A stretch of DNA of 64,000 bases from Scyliorhinus canicula (GCF_902713615.1 NC_052160.1:110030708-110094707); one strand, 5' to 3'. Shown: positions 27,191 to 40,004, counted from the stretch's first letter. Made by a program: numbers and translations. Notes: generated by a model not told the origin, from the letters alone.

Positions 27191-28284
27191 AAGTAAAAGA
27201 AAGAGTGGCTACATAGAGATAGAGACAGATTATGTGAGTAGACAACATGATGACAGGTGGAGTATATTGTGGGGCAGTGTGAAGTTAGTCACCATGGTTG
27301 TAAGAATAGAAAAGAATAATATTTTTTAAAGGTATGAAACTTGACATTCAAAGAGATTTGGGTGTGCTTGTACAAGGAATTCAGATGTTAGCAAGCAGGT
27401 ACAGCAAGAAATTAGGAAGGCAATGCCTTTATCACAAGCATGCTGGAATACCAGATTAAGAAATCTTGTTACAATTATACAGTGTACTGCTGACACCACA
27501 TATGAATATTGTGTGCAGTTTTGGTGTCTATATTAAAGGAAGGATATACTTGCATTGGAGGCAATGATGTTCAGGTTAGGTGGATTGGCCATGCTAAATT
27601 GCTCCTTAGTGCCCAAAAGGGTAGGTATGTTACTGGGTTAAGTGGGTCAGGTGGAGGCTTGGGCCTAGTTAGGTTGTTCTTTCCAAGGGTTGTTACAGAC
27701 TCAATGGGTTGAAAGGCCTCCTTCTGGACTGTAGAGATCCTATGAAATGTTCACTAAGAATAAAGGGTTGTTCTATGATGGGAGGCAAGTTCATTGAAAT
27801 AGTCAAGATAGGGTGCTTGATAGGGTAAATGCTGACAGATTGTTTCCGCTGGCCAGGGAATCTAAAGCATTGGTAGAGGCTCAGAATAAGGGCCCAGTAT
27901 TTAGGACTTAGGTGAGCAAAAATTAATTCACTCAAGGTGTTGTATATCTTTGGAATTCTTTATGCCAGAAGGTTGTAGATTCTCCGTCATTGATGGGATC
28001 AACAGATTGTTGGCCTCCCAGAAGAATCAAGGGATATGAAATGAAAATTGCTTATTGTCATGAGTAGGATTCAATGAAGTTACTGTGAAAAGCCCCTAGT
28101 CGCCACATTCCAGCGCCTGTCCGGGGAGGCTGGTACGGGAAGTACATGAGGGAAAGTGGAGTTGAAGACTAAGATCAATCAAGATTGAACTGAATGCTGG
28201 AACAGGCTCGGTGGGCTATATCTTACACTCCTGCTTCTAGTTATTGTGTTCCTGTGTTCCAAGTACCACTCAGTCAGGAAATAT

Positions 28285-28488
28285 GGCTGGGATTCACCGG
28301 CCTCCTAACCGGGTGTCTCTCAGTGGCAGGAGACAGTGTGCTGTTCACTGAGTGATTCTCTGTTCTCGCTGGTGTCAGTAAGAGTCCCATTGAAACCATG
28401 CCACATTGGCGAGGAACCTACGGGCAGGGTGCGCTACCAGCAGGACCAGAGGATCCCGCCTCCAGCGATTAGTCGGCGAATTCCAGCC
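28285..28488. mobile_element. Short Harbinger-type MITE
   Basis: GGCTGGGATTC...GAATTCCAGCC termini. Confidence 0.65.
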
Positions 28489-30641
28489 TGCGTTCCGCTT
28501 CTCTATATTAAATTCTAATTCTGTATTAAAATATTTGTTCTCGGCGGTAAATTGAAATTTACATTAGCAAGCTAAGGCAAGTCATGGATCACAGAATCAT
28601 AGAACCGTTATGGTGCAGCAGGAGGCCATTTAGCCTATTGTATGTGCACCCGCTCAAAACAAATTCGGGTAATTTAATTCTTTGAGAGAGTTGTGAAAAA
28701 TTAGCTTGTTTGTGGTCGTCTTAGAGCTACTTCACAACTCAATCATTGGTTTGGACAGAATTGTCTCCTGCTGCATGGGCATTTGGGCTTGTTAAATGCT
28801 GAAACAAATTGAAGTAAATTAATTGTTTCACTTCTGTTACCAAACTGACAGTGGTCTATGTTTGATTGCACAATTAGTTGACCTACCGAAGATATTTCGA
28901 TCCTTCAGAAAATCCAGCACCTTAAAATCCACTATTCAACAGGAAACAATCTGAACAAACTGCTGAGGTTGAAATTAAAACAACGTGGTAATGGTGTTTT
29001 ATTTATCTATCAATTTGTTTCCATCTATAAGAGATCACAGTCATGTTAGCTCACTGAGGTAAGTTTACATTGTCATGATGTGCACCAGTCCCCCAAAGTT
29101 TTGGGACAATTGAATTCGGGATTAGTAACGTTTTGTTTAAATTAGGCAAAATTTGAGATCCCAGGTATTTGCTCAGAGAATAAAACCACAAGATTCTACA
29201 ATTTTCAAACAAACAAAATACACTTTATTATAAAGGACAGATAGATAGATAGATAGATTTTTGTTAAGCAAAGGAACACTGAGATAGATTTTTGTTAAGC
29301 AAGGATATTAAGGACCAAATGGATCTGGGAGTTAGATCACAGATCAGCCATGATCTCATTAAATGGTGGCATGCTCAAGGGGCTGAATGGCCTACTCCTG
29401 TTCCTATGTTCCTATGTAGGAATACAAAACAATTTCTAATATTTATCTTATATTCTAGCATTTAGGATTAATGTGAGGTAAATGTGAATTAACAAACAAA
29501 CTGATCAAACGCCCTACAGTGCACAATAAATAATAGATGCAACCAAGACAGGTCACGGAATTTCTCAGTGGTCCACCCAGATGTCAGTAAACAACACGAG
29601 TCAACTAATCTCATTGAAACCCTTATGAGGAATTGCAAATCTTCGCTCTTCCCTTTTGAAGATTCAGGGCGGCATTTGCTGAACAAAAATCTATCTCCCA
29701 CCCCATCCATGGTAGATTTGGTGGAAGGTTAGAGTGAAGAGTCCAGTGGGAGCCGCAAATTCGGAAACCCGACGGCATAAAAATAGTTTGCAATTCTCCC
29801 AACGGTGGGTCAATGGTGGGTCGGATCTCCGGCTGCCTGACTGTGTGAACGCAATTTCCATCTCATAAATGCTCATTAAGCTGATTGCTTAAATCCAATC
29901 TTGCACCATGCCAACGGGAAATCACATCTGTGTCAAACCCATTTGAAAAAGAGCGACCCTGCACAAGGCAGACCTCAGTTCGCCTGAGACTTCAAAGTGA
30001 GTGTAATATACCTCGCCTACCTGCCATAATGCTGCACTGCTCCTGTTGTGCTGGATGCCACTCTGCTGGGGCAGATCAGTTTGTGCCCTCCAGCTGAGTT
30101 GGTCTTTATGAACAGCTGTGGGACACATGGACCCTCCACTCCAACAGGCCAAAGTTTGACTGGAGGTGGGACACGAGGTGAAGGCGGGTGCCGACGAAGA
30201 CAAGGGAGGGACAACGTGAATGGATGCTGTGCAAGGATGAGAGGTGAAAGGACAAGAGGTGCAACGAGGTGGATGAGGATGATGAATAATGGAAGGCAAA
30301 AGGAAGACCGAGCAGAGGGCAGTTGGACCTTTACAAGGCTGCATGAAGTACTCACAAACAAGGGGTCAAAAGGATACCACAGAATTTTCTGGAAATTTTC
30401 TGTGCCTTTCATAATCTGGCTATGTAAATAGGTGAGTGGTGAGACCTCCCTAGAACGTCCAGAGGAATGGATTTTGAGCAACATGACAGATGGGCTGCTG
30501 ATGATGTGAAAACACCCATGGAGAAATGAGTGATGTTATATGACCCCCACTTATGGATGCATGAGATCCATGAAGAGGATCATCTCTTCAGTACACAATG
30601 CTGTGATGGGAGTTTGATAGTGGAGGGAGCTGAGAGAGAAC

Positions 30642-30896
30642 CTTTCCTAATTGAGCAGATGAGAACATTCACCAACTTCATGCACTGTCTGGCATGGTTG
30701 CCAGACGCTCTAATCTCTTAGGCAATGGCATCTGGAGAGATGAGGTTGGTGTTCTTCCTGGAGCCGTCCCTTGGGTGGAGCACAGGCCTCTGCACCCGAA
30801 CTCCTTGAATCAAGGCCTCGAGGGCATGGTGGTTGAAACAAAGGGTAGAGACTTATTCTTGAGGTTGCTGGCCTTTTGCTTCAGGGTTGCTAACAT
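30642..30896 (-). pseudogene. Decayed Harbinger Myb/SANT-like exon (within a remnant at ~29690-31120)
   Basis: FNHHALEALIQGVRVQRPVLHPRDG...AIA*EI...QCMKLVNVLI, followed by a GT donor. Confidence 0.6.
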
Positions 30897-31705
30897 TATG
30901 CACAAGCGAGCAGCTCTCTGAATCATTTGATAGATCGGGAGCTGATTCGTTGACCTGGCATTAGCTGATGGGTTAGAAGGTCCAGACGCCATATTTAAAT
31001 GCCAGTTTAGTGCTCTCAGATCACTCTCTCCAACTTACCTGTCTTCACACGACCATGGCGGGAGTGATATGAGTGCACTAAACTGCCATTTAAATATGGT
31101 GCCAAAACCTTATTATAGATACTCTGTATTTATTATAGTGATACATCTTAATTTTTTAGACATTTTATTTACTTTAGACTCTAGCTAGCCTAGGCTTAGA
31201 CCACTGTATAACTAATAAGTTTATATCCAGTACCCAAAAATCAAAATTATCTGAAATCCAAACTGCGATTGGGCCCAAATGTTTTGGTAAGGATACGTGA
31301 CCTCTAGGGATCAGGATTTTTCAAAGTCCGGGTCACGCCCTGCGGGGTGTGTCGCAGGCAGGTTTTGGGGGGGTTGTGGAGCGATCAGTCACGGTGATCC
31401 CGAGCAGTGTAAAGATTATTTCTTGAGGTATGGTTTTGTGAGGGCCACGAAGAGTCCAACACAAGTTTGTGAGTGAAACAAAACGTAACTATATTTACAC
31501 AAATATTTACACAGCCCCAATAGTTCGCTACTGGTCTTCCCTCTAGCTGGTATCTAACTGGCCAGCTCTATTTATACAACAGAAAAGGTTGATGATATCT
31601 CTGCCCCCTTATCAGGGGAGCTGAGATCCATGGGGTAAATTGTTTGTGCCCAATAGGATCTGTGCAGGTTACAAAATATGGTTTTGACAATTGTGCCAAT
31701 GCGTA

Positions 31706-32035
31706 AGGTGGCATAATGGCACATTGGTTAGCACTGCTGCCTCATAGCGTCACGGACCCAGGTTCAATTCCAGCCTTGGGTGACTGGGTGGAGATTGCAT
31801 GTTTTCCCATGTCAGTGTGGGTTTTCCCCCGGTGCTCCGGTTTCCTCCCACTGTCCATAGATGTACAGATTAGGTGAATTGGCCATGCTAAATTGCCCTT
31901 TAGTGTCCAAAGATATACGGGTTAGGTACGGTTATGGGTATAGGATGGTGAAGTAGGCCTAGATGGGGTGCTCTTTCATGGGATCGCAGGGTCGATTGGC
32001 CAAGTGGTCTCTATCTGCACTATAGGGATTCAATG
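31706..32035 (+). mobile_element. V-SINE (older copy)
   Basis: tRNA head, V-domain, CR1-type tail. Confidence 0.85.
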
Positions 32036-32052
32036 GAAATAAGGATGCCCAT

Positions 32053-32610
32053 GGGCGGGATTCTCCCATACCCAGCGGGGAGGGGGGTCCCGGCGGGACG
32101 GAGTGGCGTGAATCACTCCGGGGTCGGCCCGCCCCAAAGATGCGGATTCCTCCACGCCTTCAGGGGCTATGCTGGCACTGGAGTGGCTTGCCTTTGGCGC
32201 CATGCCAGCCGTGGAAGGCCTTTGGCGCCATGCCAGCCGGGGCTGAAGGGATTCCACCAGCCGGCAAGAGTCCGCGCATGCACGGAAGCATCAGCGGCTG
32301 CTGCCCTCATCCCCGCACATGTGGGGGGGGGGGGGTTGCACCTACGCGTTGGCCATCGTGGAGGCTGACATGGCCGACGCGTAGGAAAAGAGTGTTCCCA
32401 CGGCACAGGCCCGCCCGCGGATCGGTGCACTCCGATTGCGGGCCAGGCCACCGTGGGGGCATTCTCCGGGGACAGATCACCCCACGCCTCCCCCCAGGAC
32501 CCCAGAGCCCGCCCGTGCTGCCATGTCCCGCCGGTAAGGGACCTCATCTAATCTACGCCGGCGGAACTGGAAAAGAACCAGCGGGACCTCGGCCCATTGC
32601 GGGTTCGGCC
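32053..32610. mobile_element. GC-rich Harbinger MITE, right end missing
   Basis: Starts GGGCGGGATTCTCC; body similar to 59060-59722. Confidence 0.75.
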
Positions 32611-32772
32611 AGCATGGGTCACAAAGGTTGGCCGGAGTAGGTCGCAAAGGTCAGTCGGCATGGGTCGCAAAGGTCTGCCGGCGTGGGTCACAAAGGTCAG
32701 CCAATGTGGGTCGCAAAGGTCGGCCGACATGGGTCGCAAAGGTCTGCCGCTGTGGATCGCAAAGGTCGGCCG
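32605..32772. repeat. 23-bp tandem repeat GGGTCGCAAAGGTCNGCCGGCAT x7
   Basis: CAAAGG recurs at 32622, 32645, 32668, 32691, 32714, 32737 and 32760. Confidence 0.92.
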
Positions 32773-33979
32773 ATTTGCAAAAATGGATCCCAGGGAAAAC
32801 GTTTGAAAAATACTGATCTAAGTGATAGGTCATTTGAATTACACACTCAATTTTTCAAGGATCTCGACATAGTGGAATTTATTACAATCTCTTCATAACC
32901 ACAAAAAAAGCTTCCCACACTCCAACATGGCAGTGCCAAACTGGGAGTGTCAATCTGGCAGTACCAAACTGTGCCCGGGGCAGTGTCATGGGAAGCAGCT
33001 CATGGGTGCTCAATGGGGGTTTAATGTACATTAACTGGGGGGGCGGGGGGGGGGGGGGGGTAGTGAGGGGGTAAATTGAAGTCACTGGGGGAGTGGGCAC
33101 TGAGGAGGGAATACTTCTACAGTGGTTGGCGGAGGAGGTTGGGTAGCCCTTGATACTGTCGTGGTGGGGGAGGTAGTTGTGGGGTGTTAGACTTCACTTC
33201 TGATCAGGGCGCCCTTTTAAAGATGGAGCCTTAATCTCTGGAGCCGTGAGTCGGCCATATCAGGCCACATTAGAGTAATGGCATCAACAGTGGGCTCTCA
33301 TTTTTTTTCTTTAAAGAGGCTCAAGATTGGAGTGAAAACTGGTCTGTGGAACTGATGTGAGGAACCAGTTTTCAGTCTGAGCCAGACACATTGAAAAATA
33401 TTTGGTCAGGATCCGCTCAATACTTCTGCTCTTGGGGCTTGGTTCTAGGGGAAGGCCCATTGCTGCCCTTGCCAATGCTTGACTGCTTGTGGCTTGGTAT
33501 GCCTCCCTGAAAAGCTTATTGCTATGGTCCGCAATGTTTATATTTGAAAATTTTTGAAAATTCTGTTGTAGGTTACATCTCAAAAAAAACCTTGGATTGA
33601 ATTTAAAGATTGCTCTGAAAATGACTCCAGGCTACCAGGTAGAAATATGGGGCGGGATTCTCCGACCCCACGCAGGGTCGGAGAATTGGCGGGAAGCGGC
33701 GTCATTTCCGCTCCCGCAGGTTTCGTAATTCTCCCGCCGGAAAAAAACCGGCGTTGTGCAAATCCCGCCGGCAGCCTGTGAAAACAGCTGGCGCCGGCGG
33801 GATTTCATTTTATTTGCACTGACCTGAAATCTCCGGCCCGGATGGGCCGAAGTCCCGCCGACGTGGCCACGGGTCACGTCGGCGCAAATCAGAGTTGATT
33901 TAAAACGGCGTCAACCATTGATGATGGTTGACGCCGTTCAGTGTCGGGGGTGGGTTGAGGCATTGGGGGGGGGGGGGGG

Positions 33980-34328
33980 GTGGGTTGCGGCCATCGGGGG
34001 GGTTGCGGCCATCGGGGGAGTGGGTTGCGGCCATCGGGGGAGTGGGTAGCGGCCATCGGGGGAGTGGGTAGCGGCCATCGGGGGAGTGGGTAGCGGCCAT
34101 CGGGGGGTTGCGTTGCGGCCATCGGGGGAGTGGGTAGCGGCCATCGGGGGGTTGCGTTGCGGCCATCGGGGGAGTGGGTAGCGGCCATCGGGGGGTTGCG
34201 TTGCGGCCATCGGGGGAGTGGGTAGCGGCCATCGGGGGGGTGGGTAGCGGCCATCGGGGGGGTGGGTTGCGGCCATCGGGGGGGTGGGTTGCGGCCATCG
34301 GGGGGGTGGGTTGCGGCCATCGGGGGGG
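33980..34328. repeat. 21-bp minisatellite GCGGCCATCGGGGG(A/G)GTGGGT(T/A)
   Basis: About 16 tandem copies. Confidence 0.95.
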
Positions 34329-35121
34329 TTTGGGGGCAGCGGCGGGCAGAGAGGGGGGGGGGCGACGGTGCGTTGGCCCCGGGCATCCGTCGCCCCCCCC
34401 CTCTGTACGCCGCTGCCCCCTACCCTAACCACCCCCCCCCTCACCACCCCTACCTCCCTCCAACGCCCCTACCCCCCTCCCCACCACCCCTACCCCCCTC
34501 CAACGCCGCCCCCCATCTCTCGCAACGCCGCAACCCCCCCCCCCCTCAACGCAGGGTCCCCCCCCCCCACCGCCGGGTCCCCCCCCCCCTCAACGCCGGG
34601 TCCCCCCCCCCCCTCAACGCCGGGTCCCCCCCCCACCTCAACGCCGGGTCCCCCCCACCCTCAACGCCGCAACCCACACCCCGTCCCCCTCCCTCTGAAG
34701 GCCGGTACCCACACCCCCCCTCTCTCCTCCTCCCCCCCTTCCTTCCTCCATCCCCCCCTTCCTTCCTCCGTTAGTGGGGGGGGGGGGGGGGGGCGGCGTT
34801 AGTGGGGGGTGGGTGCGGCGTTGGAGTGGGGTAGGGGTGGTGAAGGGGGTAGGGGTGGTGAGGGGAGGGGGTTGGGGTAGGGGCAGCGGGGTGCAGAGGG
34901 GCGACGGATGCCCGGGGCCAACGCACCGTCGCCCCCCCTCTGCACGCAACTGCCCCTACCCCAACCCCCTCCCTTCACCACTCCTACCCCCTTCACCACC
35001 CCTATCCCCCTCCAACGCCGCACCCCCCTCCAACGCCGCACCCCCACTAACGCCGCACCCCCCCCCCCCACTAACAGAGGAAGGAAGGGGGGGGAGGAGG
35101 AGAGGGGGGGGGGGAGGAGGA

Positions 35122-35157
<36 letters not shown>

Positions 35158-35254
35158 GGAGGAGAGGGGGGGGGGGAGGAGGAGAGGGGGGGAGGAGGAG
35201 GAGAGGGGGTGTGTGGGTACCGGCCTTCAGAGGGAGGGGGACGGGGTGTGGGTA

Positions 35255-35840
35255 CCGGCGTTGAGGGGAGGGGGGGGACCCGGCGTTGAGGGGAGGGGGG
35301 GGACCCGGCGTTGAGGGGAGGGGGGGGACCCGGCGTTGAGGGGAGGGGGGGGGACCCGGCGTGAGGGGGGGGGGGGGGCCCGGCGTTGAGGGGGGGGGGG
35401 GGGACCCGGCGTTGAGGGGAGGGGGGGGACCCGGCGTTGAGGGGAGGGGGGGGGACCGGCGTTGAGGGGAGGGGAGGGGGGGGACCCGGCGTTGAGAGGA
35501 GGGAGGGGGGGGGACCCGGCGTTGAGGGGAGGGGGGGGGGGACCCGGCGTTGAGGGGAGGGGGGGGGGGGGACCGGCGTTGAGGGGAGGTGGAGGGGGGG
35601 GACCCGGCGTTGAGGGGAGGGAGGGGGGGGACCCGCGTTGAGGGGAGGGGGGGGGGACCCGGCGTTGAGGGGGGGGGGGGACCCGGCGTTGAGGGGGGGG
35701 GGGGGACCCGGCGTTGAGGGGGGGGAGGGACCCGGCGTTGAGGGGGGGGGGGACCCGGCGTTGAGGGGGGGGAGGGACCCGGCGTTGAGGGGGGGGGGGA
35801 CCCGGCGTTGAGGGGGGGGGGGACCCGGCGTTGAGGGGGG
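35255..35840. repeat. G-rich minisatellite GACCCGGCGTTGAGGGG(G)n
   Basis: More than 20 copies with variable G runs; a shorter reverse-complement array lies at ~34545-34670. Confidence 0.95.
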
Positions 35841-36034
35841 TAGGGGTGGTGGGGAGGGAGGTAGGGGTGGTGGGGAGGGAGGTAGGGGTGGTGAGGGTGG
35901 GTTGAGGTAGGGGTGGTGAGGGGGGGGTTGGGGTAGGGGGCAGCGGCGTACAGAGGGGGGGGCGACGGTGCGTTGGCCCCGGGCATCCGTCGCCCCCCCT
36001 CTCTGCCCGCCGCTGCCCCCAAACCCCCCCCCCC

Positions 36035-36505
36035 CCCCAAATGCCGGAACACACCCCCCCCCCCCAAATGCCGGAACACCCCCCCCCCCCCAAATGCCGG
36101 AACACACCCCCCCCCCCAAATGCCGGAACACACACCCCCCCCCCAAATGCCGGAACACACACACCCCCCCCAAATGCCGGAACAACACCCCCCCCCCCCC
36201 AAATGCCGGAACACCCACACCCCCCCCCCCCCAAATGCCGGAACACACACCCCCCCCCCCAAATGCCGGAACACACACACCCCCCACCCCCACAAATGCC
36301 GGAACCCACCCCACCCCCAAACCCCCCCCCCCAAATGCCGGAACACACCCCCCCCCCAAATGCCGGAACACACACACCCCCCACCCCCACAAATGCCGGA
36401 ACCCACCCCACCCCCACAAATGCCGGAACCCACCCCACCCCCACAAATGCCGGAACCCACCCACCCCCACCCCCACAAATGCCGGAACACACCACCACCC
36501 CCCCC
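36035..36505. repeat. C-rich minisatellite CAAATGCCGGAACAC(C/A)n
   Basis: About 15 copies. Confidence 0.95.
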
Positions 36506-37129
36506 AAAAGCCGGGTCTGTCTCTCTCCTCCTTATCCTCCAAAAAACGCCGGGTCTCACCACTTCCGCAGCTGGTGAAACTGACGCGTATAGCGTCAGTC
36601 AGCTGCTAGCCCCTCCGGGAACGGAGAATAGCGGCCTTCAAGAAGGCCCCGGCGCCGGAGTGATTGACACCGATTTTTCTCGCAGGCAACCCGCGTTACG
36701 AAGGGCTACGGAGAATCCCGCCCAAGGATTCCAATAATTTATCTCTTACCTCCCACCTTACATTTGCATTTACAATTCAATAGGTGTTCCAAAAAAAGTA
36801 AACAGAAACTCATTGGCTTTTCCACCAATAAAAAAGATACCAACTGACAAGCCCCTGTAAGGTGTGAACAACCGTTTGATCACCACATGGGTAAAGAGAC
36901 TTCAAATAACTGGAATAGAATTACCGCTTGCCTTATATGTAAAGTGATTCAGCATTGTTGTCTGGATGACATGATAATGGTGGCCATTTTTCCTTATTTA
37001 AAAAAGCATTGAAAAGGGGAGGAAGTGGGCAAATCCACAGTGAATCATCTTGAAAAGGTTTCAACTCCGGGTGAAACAGATAAAGGCACCTGAAAACAGT
37101 TATTCGTCTGCTGGAAAGTACTTAGGCAG

Positions 37130-37368
37130 TGATGCACTATCAATTTCGACGAGACGAGAGTAGAATGTAATCGAAACTTTATTACACAGAGATGTGTGGC
37201 CTCCTACAGCAGCTGGCGAAATGGCTGCTGTTCAGAGAGCACACACATTTATACTCCGTTTACTGGGCGGAGCCAGCAGGCAGGGATCTACCCCCGTACC
37301 TGTAGTACAGGGGCCTTACCGTAATACCAATATATATACAATATAATACAACAGTGGTGACTACCACA
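37130..37368 (-). mobile_element. Solo LTR related to the Gypsy LTRs
   Basis: TG...CA ends; perfect 5-bp TSD GGCAG; TATAAA and AATAAA on minus; ends resemble the 47166 LTR (TGATG...TCAATT, ACCACA). Confidence 0.9.
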
Positions 37369-38657
37369 GGCAGCTAGAATGCCATGTCGGCAAAATTGGA
37401 GTAAGGAACCTTCTCTCCTCCCTGTAAACCTGATTCCACTTACTAAGATCACCTGTTAAAGCAACCTCGAGCGATTCAACATTGGAAGCCCTCGGAGCTA
37501 CAGAGACAACTTTACAACCTCCAGACCTTCACTTCGGATAATGCAAAACCTCAACTTCAATATATATCGGGTTTGCAACAAATATGGAATGATCTTGATT
37601 TATATTTATAAGCATCATTTTATCTCAATTTTAAACCAGTCGTGTGTGTGTATCGGTAACTTTATCTATTTTTGTATCACTTCCAGAGCAATAGAGTGAA
37701 ATAAACTTCCATTTTCTTTTTGTTTGGAAAAAGGCTTTGCTGTTGGGTTATTTACATTGAATTTCTCACTCCGTGTGTAATAACATACACACACACACAC
37801 AAATACAACTACATTCTTCAAAAGAGACTTTGGGTATAAGTGTACAATACATGACACGCTATTTAATCAATTTCTAAACTAATTGCTACATTGGCCTTAT
37901 TGCACTCCAGATATACAAATTTATGTTACACATATCTTGCACCTGCATAGGATGTAGAAAATTCTCAACTATATATTAATAATCTCACCCACGTGATAGT
38001 ATAGAAATATTTAATCGCACTTAGAGTATCGTTAATTAATGTAAACGTATTAGCTATTCATTAAAATTCGACCAACTAACAAAAATTCATTTGTATACAT
38101 TTCATGAATATTGATAAACAAATTCAGTCAGGTTATTTTTGTACATATGTTTGAATCAGTTTCAAAATGTAAAATATATCAATATTCATATGAAACAGTC
38201 TGTTACAGAAAAATATTTTCGATCTTTCATGTCAAGTTTCAAATTTTGAGTATATAATATAAACCAAGGATTTGAAAAGGTCATTTACCCCATTATAGCC
38301 TATCTCCTATTGTTTGACATTGTAGCATCAACTGTATTTTAAATAACTCAATGTTCTAGTCTCTACACACTTGCTTGATAAATCATAGCAAGTGCATAAC
38401 ACACTTTAAAGTCTTTCCGAGTATATTTGCTTTAATTATACTTTTCTCTCATATCCATTGATGTCCACTGACATTGCTTCCCCAGCTTACTTTGAAGTAA
38501 TAACCTGGAATTATTTACCTGCACAATTTAACATTTAATATGCTTCATCTCAAATTCTTGTTTTTTAACCTTGTTTGTTCTAATCTGGGAAGTATATTTC
38601 TTTCTTTTCTCATATTCTCAGGATGAGCCTTTCTACAGCAAAAATCTGCATTCATAT

Positions 38658-39061
38658 TGTCATAATATACACACAAGTATATGATGGTGCATAGACACAC
38701 ACTGACTGATACACTGAAAGACCAATCAACACACAGAACACAGCAGACAATCACCAGACAGGATACGGCCACTATAAAGCCAGAGGGCACTAGTTTTCCC
38801 ACTCATTCAGGATGCAGCGTCTGAGACAGACAGAGCTCGCAGTCAGTAGCACAAACATCTATCATGTGCTAGCTGTATAATCTGGTCAGGTTAGCCATAG
38901 GTCTTCAGTCAACCTAACATAGTGTCGACCCACAGTGCAAGTATATTTAACAGCTCATAGTTAAATAAAATAGAGTTGTGCTTCTACAAGTGTTGGTAGC
39001 CTGTCTCTTCTACTGCTCTGGTAAATGCAGTCATCACAGACCCAGCATACCCAACACATCA
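38658..39061 (+). mobile_element. Solo LTR
   Basis: TG...CA ends; 5-bp TSD CATAT; TATAAA and AATAAA. Confidence 0.88.
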
Positions 39062-39459
39062 CATATTGCATCTTCTAAGCAATAAAGTGTCCCAATGAGA
39101 TTTCCCATTGAAGCCATCCCACCCTGCTGGGAGACCTGCAAGAACAGAGAATCCCAATGACTGGAGTATTCCGCCTATATCTAACCATTGTACAGTCAAG
39201 GCTAACAGCGGCAGAATTTCCAGGCAGTCTCTTCTAACCTAATTGACAGATATAGTGCACCCAACGTATTGCCTTACACACAGCAATGTTTCCCATTCTG
39301 AGCCAAAATCATGGCCCTGGGCACCAGGCAGCGGCTAGCAACATTAGAAGAGAGCAGGGGTTTACCACCATTGCAGGCTTCTCTGTCTTGCAACTGCATC
39401 TTCCCCAATAAGATTGAAGCCTTCTGACTATTGATTGGGATCAGCAATGTTGCAACACA

Positions 39460-39686
39460 GGGCGGCATGTGGCACAGTGGTTAGCACTGGGACGGCGGGT
39501 CTGAGGACCCGTTTCGAATCACGGCCCTGGGTCACTGTCTGTGTGGAGTTTTCACATTCTCCCATGTCTGCGTGGGTTTCACCTCCACAACCCAAAGATG
39601 TGCAGGGTAGGTGGATTGGCCACGCTAAATTGTCCCTTAATTAGAAAAAAAATAATTGGGTACTCTAAATTTATCTTTTTTAAAAG
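39460..39686 (+). mobile_element. Short A-tailed V-SINE
   Basis: 15-bp TSD GCAATGTTGC(A/G)ACAC. Confidence 0.9.
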
Positions 39687-40004
39687 GCAATGTTGCGACA
39701 CGCTCAGAAGACCTGGAGGTTAAAATCTCCAACTGAGATACCTTTCAGAAATATCTTCAAGGAAACCTTTCATATTCCTCTGAAGTTTTAGACATTCGAC
39801 ACAAATTTAGAGCTCTCTTGACAGTGTGCACATTTTACATTGGATGCAGTGTTGGAGGCAGTTTTCCCAATCTGATGCCAAAAGCAATCTCCATACATGC
39901 TAACTGATCATGATTCCACACATGACTGTTCAAAGATTTGTCAGTCAGAAGTTTGCAAGTATACAAATAAAAAAAGATTTTAACACCCAGGGTTTCTGAG
40001 CATG

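Larger units (their letters stand above)
17090..28260 (+). mobile_element. Old fragmented CR1 ORF2 hosting nested insertions
   Basis: Collinear CR1 ORF2 pieces at 17090-17190, 21587-21620, 24530-24710, 24925-25058 and 27200-28260 (ends in a CR1-type tail). Confidence 0.72.
31312..32815. mobile_element. Probable non-autonomous hAT (Charlie-like) element with nested insertions
   Basis: Ends CAGGATTTTTTCAAAG / GTTTGAAAAATACTG; GGGTCGC subterminal motifs; TCTA-containing flanks but no exact 8-bp TSD. Confidence 0.55.
33650..36723. mobile_element. Harbinger-type MITE expanded to ~3.07 kb by minisatellites
   Basis: TIR GGGCGGGATTCTCCG / CGGAGAATCCCGCCC; flanks ATG/AAG (one mismatch). Confidence 0.85.

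Noticed and set aside
29032..29058. Possible 27-nt micro-exon with an AG|GTAAGT donor
   Set aside because: Splice-like motifs alone are expected by chance in 64 kb; RNA-seq would be needed.
32605..32772. CRISPR-like appearance of the 23-bp repeat (also the 36035-36505 array)
   Set aside because: Head-to-tail units without unique spacers, no cas genes, eukaryotic context.
33889..36737. Long Pro/Gly-rich ORFs (up to 587 aa)
   Set aside because: They are translations of stop-poor G/C minisatellites, open in several frames on both strands.
37374..37530. Minus-strand peptide LTGDLSKWNQVYREE resembling motif A of negative-strand RNA virus polymerases (possible endogenous viral element)
   Set aside because: After removing the adjacent solo LTR I found no pre-motif A, motif B or in-frame GDN/SDD motif, and stops follow. 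Probably chance; a tBLASTx/HMM search of 36724-37560 without the LTR would settle it.
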